Part shown: positions 15,407-28,209 of the stretch, piece by piece
Layout of the letters: each line of letters starts with the position of its first letter
How positions within the stretch are numbered: the first letter of the stretch is position 1
Assembly (NCBI GenBank): GCA_026914245.1
Contig: CP110440.1
Location: 62,001 to 126,000, forward strand
Source: Puccinia triticina
Lineage: Eukaryota
Direction of reading: 5' to 3'
Length of the DNA: 64,000 nt
Translations under genes and position numbers: made by a program
The notes under the pieces: model-generated
Database searches by the model: none
Seen by the model: only the letters and a program-made list of their open reading frames with translations
What the model was told of the DNA's origin: nothing

Positions 15407-18039
15407 TCACATCCTAAAGACCCCAAACCCACTCATGGTTTGATTGCTCTGGCGACCATCGGCATGGTTTGCCCGTTCGGAGTTAGCCAATGATATCCCA
15501 AGGCCTAGCACTGATCGGGTATCTGTCGGACTAATTATGCCATCATCCCATCTTTGGATTTATCGAAAAAGATAGCATTAATAATGTGCTTGGGAATTTG
15601 TTTCTTTCGTTAGTCTTTCATTGCGTGAAATTTACTGACAATCTAGCCGACGTATAGAGTGAAGTGGATTCGTTCTCGATCTGAGCTTTCAGTTTTTCGG
15701 TCTTGCTTTGGTCTCTGAAGATACGCAATTAAAGATGATTTCTGGCAGTCAATCAAAAGACTCCTGGATCAAGTCCTGTTTGGTCTTTTTGGAAACTCAA
15801 CTGAGAAATGGTAGACATGACGTGACTGAGCTGTTCGCCTCCCATCACCGAAACCTTTGCGTTGGGCCACATCCATAAAAACCTCGATCCATATCTGTTC
15901 AATTTTGGCAATCCGAATCAATTTCTCAGTATTCATTTTTTGTTTTTGGAAAGGTATCTGCGACTGAGATCTTTTCCACTTACGCTCTCCCTGCCATCCC
16001 GTAGTTCCCAGCTCCGAAAGATCCACCCACAATAACCGTAAATTTGGGAACTGATGTGCACGCGACGGCCCTTACCATCTTTGCACCGTCCTTCGCGATG
16101 CCACCTCGCTCAGCTTGTTCACCCACCATGTACTTCAATTATTGATTTGTTTGGGAAGAAATTCTCAGAATATATCAAAAATGTTGACAAGCCTTTCGCC
16201 GAGCGAAATTGAAAAAGACGCTTACACCTGTTACATTGACCAGGAAGATTAGAGGTATCTGTCTTTGTTCACATAGCTGAATAAAGTGCGTGGCCTTCAG
16301 TGCTGACGGCGAGAACAGGACTCCATTGTTGGCGATCTGCAAACCTCAACCAGTTATTATTGCATGTTGGTTTTTTGGGGAGAAAAATTGGCCGAGCTTA
16401 CAATGCCACAGGGTTGACCATGAATATGAGCTGGGTGCACTTCGATTAGCCGTCGGTGCTGGGACAGTAACCGGTTCGAATCGAGTAGAATCACCTACCG
16501 AAGCCAGTCACGATTGTTTTCCCGTATTCCCGCTTAAACTCATGAAACTTGAGGTAATGGATTCAGGGGAGCAGCCTTGTTAAAAAAAAAAAACCCCGAA
16601 TAACTCATAAATGAGATGATTCCAAATCGTAACTCACTTGTGATCCATCAACAATTCTAGCAATCACTTCTCTAATCTCAAACGCTTCCCTCAAATTGGG
16701 GCTCACGATACCGTTTAATTCTGAAGGATCGTATAGGGGCTCTTCCCAACCACTCGCTTGAGTCGTCGTTGAAAAAGAACTTCGGCCGAGTTGATGGTTC
16801 AGATGAAGAATTTCTCTTCGAGCGAGTACAAGGGCATGTTCATCGGATTCAGCCAGATAATCACTAACCCCACTGACTTGGCAGTGCATTTCTCCCCCAC
16901 CTAGTTGTTCGTCATTGATATCTTCGCCTATCGCCGCTTTCACTAAACTGGGTCCCGCCAGGAAGATTCTACCTTGATTTTTAACGATTATGTTGACGTC
17001 TGACATTGCAGGCATATAAGCCCCGCCGGCAACTGAGATACCATGAACAACTGAGATCTGCGGGATTCCCCGAGCTGACAGTCGAGCCTGGTTGTAGAAT
17101 ATCCTTCCAAAGTGATCCCGGTCCGGGAAGACTTGAGATTGGTAAGGTAGATTTGCCCCGCCAGATTCAACTATCAAGTCACACAGAAGAGACCCGTTCA
17201 GCAAGACCACATTTTAAGGGGAGACGAGAGAAAAAAAAAAAAGGAATAAGATTAGCTGACCTAGGTAGATGCAGGGTAGCCGGTTCTCTTGAGCGATTTC
17301 CTGAGCTCTTAAGTGTTTTTTGACTGTCTGAGAATCAGAAGAGAAAAGCAAGATTATCAATCAGCATTGATCATTTTTATACTTGAAAGAAACCAGAGCC
17401 TACTATTGGGTAATATGAACCTCCTTTGACGGTTGGGTCATTGGCAATGACCATACAGGGAATTCTATTTAAGCGGAAAATGTGAGTTTCATGATTGAAA
17501 AAAGAAAAGAATGGGCGAATACACAATAATGACGAACCCATGGACTTGGCCAACTCCAGTGATGATCCCACCTGCTGGCAAGTCTTCATTGGGGTAGAGT
17601 TGATAACCGGCGGTTTGAGAGAGCTCTAGAAATGGGGAAAATGGGTCGAGTAATCTCTCGATCCTGCGCGAAAATGGAGACAGATGAGTAATTAGAACCA
17701 TAATTTTTAAATTATCCATAACATAGAAGCAAACGGAACATACCTGGTTCTGACTAGGAGTTTTCCCCGATCGAGGTGTTTCTTGCGAGCGGTTGGACTA
17801 CCACCTGGAAGAATGTGTTGATCTACGAGGGACTGATGAGACTGGATCAATTTGGACATGGACTCGAGATTGGTTTGGTATTGCTCCGAATTGGTGGTGA
17901 TGTTGGTGGTGAGTTGAGCGGATAGATGGTCGAGAGCATAGTTGAAGGAACGTCTGAAGACCGTTGCTGATGTGCGTGGCGTTGATCGGAGGGGATGGGT
18001 GGAGTGCAGGGTGGCTGCCCTCAAGCTTGGGCGGAACAT
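15407..18039 (-). CDS. MCCC2: 3-methylcrotonyl-CoA carboxylase beta (carboxyltransferase) subunit, mitochondrial, multi-exon
   Basis: Presequence; [28 protein letters not shown]...[31 protein letters not shown]-terminal FGVFRM. Confidence 0.93.
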
Positions 18040-18227
18040 GATGAGGCAGGCTGAGTGCTGGCTTGTTGGCCATCGCCAGACTCACATAAACAGGGCGGGC
18101 TTGTCATGTGGCCTATGACGTCATGGTGCATACACACAGCTCAAGCGACGAGGCCAGCTGACCAGCCTCGGTCCGACTGACCACTGCCCCCACATCACAC
18201 GCAGATACATCGATCGACAAAGGAAAG

Positions 18228-19318
18228 ATGGCCATCGACTGGTCAAAAGAGGAAATCATCCAACTCAGAGCAGTCCTCCTCACTCAGATCGACATCCTAG
18301 CGTAGGTGCAAAACACGAAGGATAACAACAAGCACATAGAGAAACTGACACAAAGTTCCGCAAATATCTAAATTTCGATTAGGGACTGGGATTGGAATCA
18401 CGCCAAACAAGATTTGAAAATAATCGCGGACATCCTGGAACTCAAAGTCGAGCCTTACGAGGAACCAAGTCCATTGATTCTAAGCTCTGGACTAATGACC
18501 TTTGAGCCCAGCAGGTCCGCTCAAGCCCAATCAAGACTCCCAAGATTTGACCAAGCAGACCAGACACGACGCCGGAGACGACCAAAAGTGGATTATGATC
18601 CGTCGATACTCGCAGCTGCTCAGTTCCTCTTCGGACATATCCCGGCGTTCAACTCCCATCTCGATAAGAATATCTTCAGCCTCGAAACCGACCAGCCAGT
18701 TCTTTTTAAACTGATTACCGTGAGGATTCCCCCCCCCCCCCCCCCCCCTTCTCGAAATCTGGCCAAATCATCTTCCTGACTTTGCTTTGCTTTATGTCCA
18801 CAGGAGTTTTCCAAGGTTTATCGGGTTCGTTTGATGATCTATGAGCTTTGTTCAACCGATTGGGCGTTTAACAAATTACTTGCCTGGGATGAATCTCTCA
18901 AAACAGTGGAGTCAATTTTATCTCTCTTATCACCAAAGAAAGAAAAAAAAGAAAAAAAAGAAACGGCAATTTTTGATGGAATTTCCTTTGTCCTTCTCAC
19001 CAAGAAAACCCTCTCTTTGTCAGTTCCATTTCCCTTTTGGCTTCCACCTGGAAGAAAAAAAAGAACTAAAGCAAACTGTTAAACCTTCCTGATTTTCGAA
19101 TACGCGTTTGTGATTGTATAGTTTTGATGACGAACCGGACCGATGGTCCAAAACCAAAGAGCTATTTGATCGTGAACTTGCACGAGGGACAAACGATGAA
19201 CCGGTGGATACCTGGTGATCAGGATCAGAGCAACCAAACCAGTCAACTCGTACTTCTTCCGAGATTCACATTTATAATCTTGGTATACTTCTCCTTGTTT
19301 TACGCAGCGCGTAGCTAG
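18228..19318 (+). CDS. Hypothetical multi-exon protein divergent from the MCC beta gene; 3' exons uncertain
   Basis: ATG 18228 reads MAIDWSKEEIIQLRAVLLTQIDILA; GT-AG introns link in frame to DWDWNHAKQDLKII... and EFSKVYRVRLMIYEL...; no family recognised. Confidence 0.5.
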
Positions 19319-20359
19319 CTTGTTTATTCTTATTTACAAATTCATTTGATCTAGTGATTGTTGGAATGCTTCAGTCAAATTCCCGAAATGCAAACTATCA
19401 AACATCCAGTTGACTCGCCCAAAGATTACCCTAGATAAATTCGTGGGGAAAATAGAAATACAAATTAGTAATTTTGTTTTTTGTATGCAGTCGAGGGGAG
19501 TTGCCTCGCGCCTCTTCAAAAGAGACGGCATGCGGCTTAGTTTTTGAACGTGAATCATGATTAACTACAAAGTATTAATCTGGGACAAAAAGAAAACACA
19601 ATCGGTGTAAAAAGCAAAAAAGTATGTATGTACATGAGTACATATAGCCTGAGCAACAACATCAACGGTGGCCGGGTGGGAGTAGAGCATAGTGACTGCT
19701 ATAAATAATGTACCATTAAGAATGAAAGAACCCCGGAAGTCTGTACAACCCCTCCTTGATCAAAACAACTTAGTGGCAAGGAGGGAAGGATCAATTGGTG
19801 AGTCAACTGAGGATTAGTTTGCCGAGCAGCTGGCCAGGAAGACAACAACAAGAATGTAATATTTACATCGGAGAAAGATAAATTGAGGATCTGGCCAGGT
19901 TAGCATGACATACGTCTCGAGAGAGGCTCGGCCTGTCATCGGAATTATGAACCAATTTTCTTATGTATACTATTATGCATGTACATGAAAAAAAAGAAAA
20001 AATAGACCAATGCGGGTCCGAGGGCAGTAACACCATCGATATGTGGTGACATGTGTTTGTTCAGCTCTGGTTGCTCTCAGTCACGTGGGTTTAATTTTTC
20101 TTGATTGCTAAAGCACTGGGGTTTTCTAGAGTTGTAAAGTATATGTTTATCTGATAATATAGCGTAGGATTTATTATTATTTTTCGAGATGCGAGGGCAT
20201 TGAATCGTGAGAGGATGATGCGACTCGTGAGTGATGGTGATTTCGCTTTTTTTTGTATTTCACTGCTTTTTTGGGATGAACGGTTATTTGCTCTATTTCA
20301 AACAGTTGAGAATGATATATGCGGAGATGCTCTGAAGAAGAATGGCGGAAAGTGTTCGG

Positions 20360-22673
20360 TTAAGCCTCTTCACCCCACCCTTCAAACTCGTCATCGTCTC
20401 TCATCATATTGTCACGTTTCAACATTGCGAATTCAGCGTCATGGACGAGTTCCTCTTCTTCTTCTACTTGATCATCATCGTCGTCATCATCATCATCATC
20501 CTGGGGAGCAGCGGCTGGTTTGCTTGAATTGAGCAGCGATCCGTGGGCGGGAGCGGCAATGGATTGGGAGCGCTTGCCTGCCGGCTTCAACTTCGCCTTT
20601 GAAGTCGGCTGCGATGGCGATGATGATGATCCCGCTTTTCCGAACAAGCTGTTGGCTATGTCATAGTTGATCTTCGAACTCAATTTCTTCTTCGAGTTGA
20701 TCATGTTTTTGACTGATTCTTCAACTGTCGAACCGGCCGGATTCTCCGAGTCTCTCGGCTTCGATTTCGTTTTCTGAGTGATAGTCGCCAAATGAGTTGT
20801 TTTTATTATGAACCGTCGCAAAGAGAGAGAGAGAGAGGAAATCGACTTACGTTATACTTCTTGGCTACTTTTATTTCACCATTGGCTTCTCGTTCCTTCT
20901 TCTGAGCAACTTTTTCCAAGTATTCTCGATTGAGTTCCATCCAGACCCTAGTTTTCATCTCGACCTCCTTTTCGCTCAGGATGAATTGATCCAATTCTTC
21001 GTCATCCAAGTCATCTAGTCTGGCGTCCTCTAGCCTTTGAGCTGCTTCCTTTTGGAGTCGTTCTTTCTCGTCAAGTTCAGTTTGTAAGGCGGAGACGGTA
21101 CCAGAGATCAAATGTGATTCGACTTCCTGCGCGATTACCTGCTCGAGCTGATTTTCGTACCAGTCAGATCCACCATTCGAATTCTGGTCGGTATCTTTGA
21201 AATCGTGTATTTCGATCTCTGTTTCAGAATCAGCAATCGATCCACCCCAAGTCTCCTTTGCTGGAGTTTCGTCATCAGGAGCTTTTCTCTTGAGAGTATT
21301 GAGTTGAGTGACGACCGATGAAGTTCCTTGTTTTGAAGATATATCTTTTGGGGCCGGACTTTGAGGAGGAGGCTCGATAGACTGAGTGATCACTGAAGCT
21401 TGATCATCATCATCCACCATATCCTTCTTTCGTTCCTTGCGTCTGTTCTTCTTGAGTGCCGGTGGATTTTCAGCTTCTTCCAACCAGACGTTGCGGAATT
21501 CTTCGATCGTCATTTTTCCAGATGCTGTGACCCGGAACTCTTCCAGTCTTTTCTTGATCGTCACATCGGCCATCTTGACCACTTGAACGATCTCGAGTAC
21601 GCTTCTTCGGAAACCATTCATCCGTGCGGCTATCAATAAGCTCGCGCCCGCGATACCTGCGGGTCGTCGACCGGCTGTCATCCAATCCGTGTCGAATCGT
21701 TTCACCAACCTTGCAGCGTCGGCCGCTACCCTGTTTGTGTCTTCACCGAATTCTAGGAGAGATGCAAAGCGAGAGATGTACAAGGAGGGATCTACGAGTG
21801 GAATGTTTTGTAAACAGAGCTGTTTCACGAGTTTCAAGTAGGTACCTCCAACGACAAAGACATTGACCTGGATAGCACGCAGAAATTGGTTGATTGGGTA
21901 AGTTGTTTGGTTTTCAAGAAGAAGAAAAGAGAGAGCTGGAAGGATCAGGAGATGAACCTGTAATATATCACTGATGTCGATCAACATGGTCGGTAATTTG
22001 GCTAATCGACAGGCTACGTAGATGCAACTGGCCAAAACATAGGGACTTCGTCGCCCGGTGACTGAATGAATTGTTGGATCTTAACATTGGCATACTCTGG
22101 TTTTCGGGGATCTTCTATTGAAAACATGAAGGGTGTTGTTACTGACCAAATCCATTGGAAACGGCGAGAGTGTAAAAGCGATGCGCTGATTCGGCGATTG
22201 AGTCACCCAACCTCAAACCGTGAGCCATGTATGTGAGTTTCCTCATCCCTTGAGCGAGAGTCTCGGCGCGAGATTCCGCCGATGGCTGGGGCCTACCACG
22301 AGGGCCGCCGATCCTTGCTCTCACTTGGGTAAAGCAGGAAAAGCGAAATTAATCAGTTGGGTTTGTAAGCGGGGGAATGGCGGAATACGCACAGTCGGTA
22401 GCACCCAATGAGCTGCCCTGTAGCACTGCCGCTCCATTTGACGATTCTCCAAAGGTGACCTCGGAGACGATCGTATTTTCATCGACCACATATCCGCAGG
22501 CTGGAAGATGTTTATTTAGTGAAAGAAGGGTCAGCTTGAATGCTTGACGGCGGCTTGAGCAAGTATCTGGACGAGAGAGACAAGGCTTAACTGGTGCAGA
22601 CGGCGTTGCCCGCTGCTGAGTCGTACTCGATCACGGCTGCATCCCCACACACTGGACAGGCGGGGCGAGCCAT
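20360..22673 (-). CDS. BRF1: TFIIIB Brf1 subunit
   Basis: Zn ribbon CPVC...CT/CG, VSEVTFGE; cyclin repeats (DPSLYISRFA, GRRPAGIAGA); homology blocks DDEELDQFIL, KTRVWMELN and SSKINYD. Confidence 0.95.
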
Positions 22674-23469
22674 CGAAAGCTTGTTTGGGGTTTAAAGTCG
22701 ACAATGTGGAGGCAAGTTGTGATTACTCGCGGCGAGAACTTTTAGTCGGATCGGGAGATGGTGCAGTGAGGTGGGCTCGTAGGAGCGCACGCGAGTTCGA
22801 TGCTCCTCGTCGGCCAAGGTGCACCCAGGTGCCCTCGCGGGGCGTCGTGCGGTCGAAACATGCGCCGCCCGACCCACGCGGCGTGTACAGGGCCCCCCCT
22901 GCCCCTTCGGTTCCACCCGGGCCCTGGAACTTGTTGCAGCAAACAACACTCAACAGCAACAACCTAAGGAAGGAGGATGGAGCCGGTTTCAGCAAGATTA
23001 CCTTTTTGCCTGTATAACAGACTAGAGGGTTAAAGTTGTTTACGTAGATCCAACAGCACTACTAGGACAACCCACTGAGGGAAAAAGCCTGTTGAAGCAG
23101 CTAACTTCTAGGTTTGGGTCTCAGATTGACTACACTTGAAAGACCCTACGCCTTTGCTGTCTCTTGTCTTGTTTAAACTACTGGAGCTTGATTAGCCAAA
23201 ACTGTTGAGCAGCCATGTTTGAATCACAGGCACCAAAGGCTAAAACTGTACTCTACCTATCTCAAATCCACTAGTCCCACAGATATGCTCAGGTGAAAAG
23301 GTGCTGTATGGTGAATTCAGCTTGAAGGCTGTCCATGGATAGAGAAAGAAATCAGGGACCTGCTTTAGCTTGAAGTCTCAGATTAGCTACTGACTGTTTT
23401 TTAATTAATATGAATATTTCCTGCTTTCCCCATCAGAGAATCTTTTATTCCGTATGATGTTTTGTTAAT

Positions 23470-23638
23470 GGAGGACTTCCTGTCAATCTGGAAAGTCAGA
23501 TCTGAGCGGCCAGATTTTGGACTTTGCAGGGAAATCTAGGTCCCCAAAGATCCCCAAAGTGATCCAGAGTTCCGGATTTCAAATTTCCCTGCAAAATCTG
23601 AATTTCCAGATCTGTTCAAAAGTGACAGGAAGTCCTCC
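23470..23638. mobile_element. 169-bp MITE with 3-bp TSD
   Basis: TIR GGAGGACTTCCTGTCA/TGACAGGAAGTCCTCC; AAT duplicated. A degenerate relative lies at about 48338-48475 (shares ATTTCCCTGCAAAATCT). Confidence 0.8.
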
Positions 23639-25279
23639 AATTGCAAGCTAAACATTAAATTAATTAGGGCTGGCATGTTAATTAGTGAACTCAATCCAAA
23701 CAACCCCAATTATGATGCAAAATAAGCTATAGCTTTGAAGCACTTGATAGTCTATACAGATGAAATAAGTTCATCCACTTATTTATCTTGAATGCTCTTG
23801 AAGGCCAGGCTTGAAATGCTGTTTGAAGTTTCTAGCTGGCAGGAGTCATGGGTTGATAAGCATTATGATGTCTGGAACATCATACCAGATTTGAAGTCAA
23901 ACTGGTTTATCAAAATGAGTTGCTACATAAAAATCATCAAACCCAATGCAAATCATTTTTACCTCACTTCTAAACTTGCCTAAAATTTAACTGAAAGCTA
24001 AATGTAGTGTAAATATACTTTTTGAAGTTAAAATCTTCAGATTTATAACTTTTCCCATGGGAGAAAACTCCATTATTGGCATGCCACATGCGGATTTCCT
24101 GGGATTTTGCTAAGCTATGTACACATCCTAATTTTACCTTGTGTGACTTCCCATTGTCATTTAGAGAGCTCTATAAAATGCCCCTCTAAATCCTAAACTC
24201 AAACACCTGCTTTGGTGTTCAGACCAGTACACACAGCAGAATGCAATGTTTAGGGCAGGAGTAGCGGACCCACCCCTCAAGACGTTTTAGCACCAGGAGC
24301 TCAAGCTCTGCCTTCACCTCTGCCAAGATATTCAAGGTTTTGGACTCCGCCTCCACCAATTCAGGATTCCGTTTTTCAGCACAATCTTTTTGGCTATACT
24401 TTCTTTGGTTCCTTTTCCAGTTATGTTTCTCTTTCTCTATCCCACTCCGCTTGTTTTTTCTCACTTCTCTTTGCTGCAGACTGCCTCCACTTTGGGAGCT
24501 CCATTCTCTGTTTTTTTTTTGTTTGCAGACTGTTGTGTGGTGGTTGTTTTCCAACAGTTGTTGGTGTCATAGCAGCGGACGTGCATTCAAAACAAGGGTC
24601 AGGTGCATGCTGCTCATCTTAGACTATAGTTCAAGCTCTGCCTGAGCTTGAACAAGTCTACCATGCATTGCAATTTACATCCTAACACAAGGAGGATACC
24701 ATCATTTTCTGAGCATTAGTGATTCTGGCCCTGATTCTTTCTGAGTTCTGCCAAGCCTTTGAGCTTATTCCCTGATTCTCTTCTGCATCTCTGACCTCCA
24801 ATCCGGCCATTTTCATAGTTTTCAACCTTGCAAATCCCTTCTCTGCCTCTTGGCACCATTTGTTGGATCTTATACCTTGGATTCTCATTCCTATGTAAGT
24901 CAGAAAAAAAAAATGTATATTTCATTGAGCACGGATCTCTTCTATTACTTGACTTCAGTAAGCTTCAAGATTTTATAATACTTTGATAATTTATTTAGGG
25001 AGTTGAAAAATCAACTCCCAAGAATTAATAAATCGACTCCCAAAAGTCATTTATGTTGCGCGGATCGTCTCGGGACGTCCCCCCTGGGTACTTGGGACCT
25101 TGCGCGGCCCCAAAAGAATTTTGGGAATTGGTTAATTAATTCCCCTCTCAAGGATGGGAGTCAATAAATTAATTTAACAAAAAATGACGGAATATACAAA
25201 AAATTTTATATCTTGTCACTGTTGTACCAAAACGCCCTAAAATTTTTTACAGCAATCTAGTTACACTCTTTAGAGAATA

Positions 25280-26645
25280 CTAGGGTTCAAGGGCGGCTCC
25301 GCCGCCCCGTGACCAATATTGCAAGGTGTTGCAGGCGGAGCTCCTGCTGGTGAGTAGAGATAAGTAATGCATTTGTGTTTTGTAGGGACATGGCGTAGAT
25401 TCAATAGCGGGATAGAGGCGCTGAATGTTGGGGAAGCCATTGAGTTGATGAAGTTGTATTATTGGTAAGAATGGAGGGACTGGTTTTTTTGGCAGGGCAT
25501 TTATTGAGAACTGGCCCTTTTATTCAATTCTTGGTGCCCTGAAAGGAAGTCCGGAATTGTGTATAGCCTGAGGCGCGACCTCCAACCTATCCTGCAACAC
25601 GGTCACAGCTTTCTGGTATTGGCAAACGGCCTGTTCCGGGAATTGGTAAAGCCCAGAAAAACATGCTATCCCTGTAAGGACTCCAATTAGGGGTCCTTCA
25701 CTGTCTGTTTGAGTGGGGGCGCAGAGGGTGAACCTTGAGATGAGTTCTGGTTCACAGGGCTATGTATTGCTCAGGAGAAAGGGGAAAGAGCACTAGCCGG
25801 GAGAGATGTGTGTCAGGGATCTCTGCCGGCTAGGAGAAGTGCAAGGACCAGAGGATATAGTTGAGCGGGAAATGCGCCTGTGATTGTTCTTGTGAAACCT
25901 TGCGGTACGCGGAGGCTTCACAATCCCGGGACACAGTTGCAGTATCCCGGAATTGGCGAACATCCTCTTCTGGGAATGTGTAGGGCTGGGATTAAATCCT
26001 GGGTGGGGAATAGCATCCTAATTTTATCCCGGGAAACACGCTCAGTTTCCCGGATTTGGAGGAGGTATTGGCGAATGTCCTCTTCTGGGGATTGGCAAGG
26101 CCCGCAGAAAAATGCTACCCTGGCACAGTTGCAGTTTCCCGGAATTGGGGAACATCCTCTTCCGGGAGTGTGTAGTGCTGGGATTAATTCCTGGGTGTGG
26201 AATAGCATCCTATCCTGGGAAACAGTCTCAGTTTACCGGACTTGGAGGAGATCCAAAGCTTCCCATTCTTGTAGGTGATATTTCCATATTTCAACAATAT
26301 GCAAATGGGAATGCCTCCATGTTTCAACAATATGCGGAAGTGAATGCCGACAATTTTGGCATTTTTGGAAGTGTATGCATACATCAGGGGGAAAAGGAAA
26401 AATTAGATTTTGATGGAGGTAATTGGTTTGGAAAAGGAAGGAAGGAATGTATTGGGGGGAAAGGTATAAAAGGACATGGAGTGTGGAATAGTAGAGGTCA
26501 CCGCTTGGCTCTTGCTCGGCGCCAATTGCTTAAAGAGTCAATTGGTCAACAAGATTTTGTACCTGTAGTGTTTACGGCTGGGGGAGATGCTGTCAAAAAT
26601 ATTTTTGGGGTGTGCCTTTCGGTCTGCTTAATGTTAAACTGTTAA
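25280..26645 (-). mobile_element. Non-autonomous Helitron
   Basis: Interrupts the left TIR exactly between A and T with no TSD; 3' end CTAG; GC hairpin GGGCGGC-TCC-GCCGCCC (25291-25307) 11 nt from the end; internal duplication of about 130-150 bp. Confidence 0.85.
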
Positions 26646-27760
26646 TTGCGAGCTTCACGGCATTAGTACTCCTCAGGGAGACCCTGTGTAGCCGGGGGGG
26701 TTATTTGGCGGATTTCCTACTAAGGCAATCCGCCAAATCCTTAGCTACGGTGGTCCAAATGCCCCCAGATTTTTTCTGCCACATAGATACACTCTCTATA
26801 GCATATTTTAGGCTTCACAGAATTAGCAATCCTCAGGGAGACCCTGTGTAGCTGGGGGGCGGATTTGGCGGATTTCCTACTGAGGCAAACCCCCAAAACC
26901 TTATCTACAGTGCTCCAAACGGCCCCAAATTTTTCTCTGCCACAAGAATACACTCTCTAGAAAACATTTTAAGCTCCAAGGAGGTATTACACATCAGGAA
27001 CACCTTCTATTGACTGTGGTGTAGTGTCGCGCAGCGCAAATGCGCTATATTTTAGCATAGCGTTAGTGCAATTGCGCGTATCTGCGCTAACGCTACGCTA
27101 AAAGCTAAAATAGCTTTGCACCCTGTGCGCGTTGTGGTAAGACTAATCCACTTACAAACACATCAAACATAGGGAAAAATTAACATAATAGTATATTATA
27201 AAGTACAAACAAAACCCTTCTAGCACAAAATATAAGACAACCTACATATCATAAAGAAGTGTCAGTTAATTTATCACCCAAAAAACCAGTAACAGTCTAT
27301 CTAACTACATAATCAAATACATAGTAGAATCTTAGTTTCACACACAAATCACATCCATTACATAGTACAAATCTACTCTAGGACTGAATGGGACACTTCT
27401 GAAAGGTTTACTTATCACACATTAGCAAATCTACTCTTAGATGTGATTTTCCACCCCAAAGAGGAACAAGCCAAGTGGTCACAATCCAAAGTAGTATACT
27501 ATTTCACATATATCATGTACAGCTTCCCAATATAGGTTATTATTTCACACCACAACTGTACAGCATCCCAAAGTGGTATACTATTTCACACATGTAAAAT
27601 CCACTCTCAGACTAGTTTATTTACTATACAAGGAGGTCTTTTCTGCCCTTCTTGTTCCCTTTCTTCCCCATGCCAGCATAAATAGTAATATTAAGAAATT
27701 ACTTCTATTGAACTTGTGAAAAGTATGGTCTGAGTGAAGTGGGTATTGAACCCACAACCT

Positions 27761-27788
27761 CGTGTACTGTGAGAGTCAAACTCACATA

Positions 27789-27830
<42 letters not shown>

Positions 27831-27832
27831 AC
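27761..27832 (-). pseudogene. tRNA-like cloverleaf (pseudo-tRNA) followed by a second T-arm at 27739-27755
   Basis: 7-bp acceptor stem GTGTACT/AGTACAC; A-box TAGCTCAATGGTTAGAGC; T-arm GTGAG-TTTGACT-CTCAC; anticodon arm degenerate. Confidence 0.7.
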
Positions 27833-28209
27833 ATTGCATAGAAATGAGTTTGAGGTGATGACACACATGATATGCGAGAGGTTGCAAACTAAGTGCATTT
27901 AACATTGGCATTGTGGTACGCTGCAACTGAGCAGACAATCTACTCTCAATAACTTCCGCTTCCATCACCCATCTAAATAGTAAGATCATCATAGTAATAG
28001 TTATAATATAAATTGAAATCAGACTTGAGAAATTGATAACATAACAAAATTAAATTGACCATTTTAAAAGTCACTTACGTCAAACTATAAAACCTCTCAA
28101 CCCACGCACAGAGTCCTGGTTATTACAGTCTGTAGTAGAAATACTTAAGAATATTTCTTCTGATTTAGCCACACTAAATTCTTAGTGTAAATTTCTCCCA
28201 AAGTTTATT

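Noticed and set aside
19700..19900. TATA box plus a short ORF (MKEPRKSV...) with a GTGAGT donor
   Set aside because: No convincing downstream exon or homology; may be chance.
24219..24925. Charged coiled-coil-like ORF fragments
   Set aside because: Fragmented and CpG-poor with no identifiable domain; likely a transposon relic.
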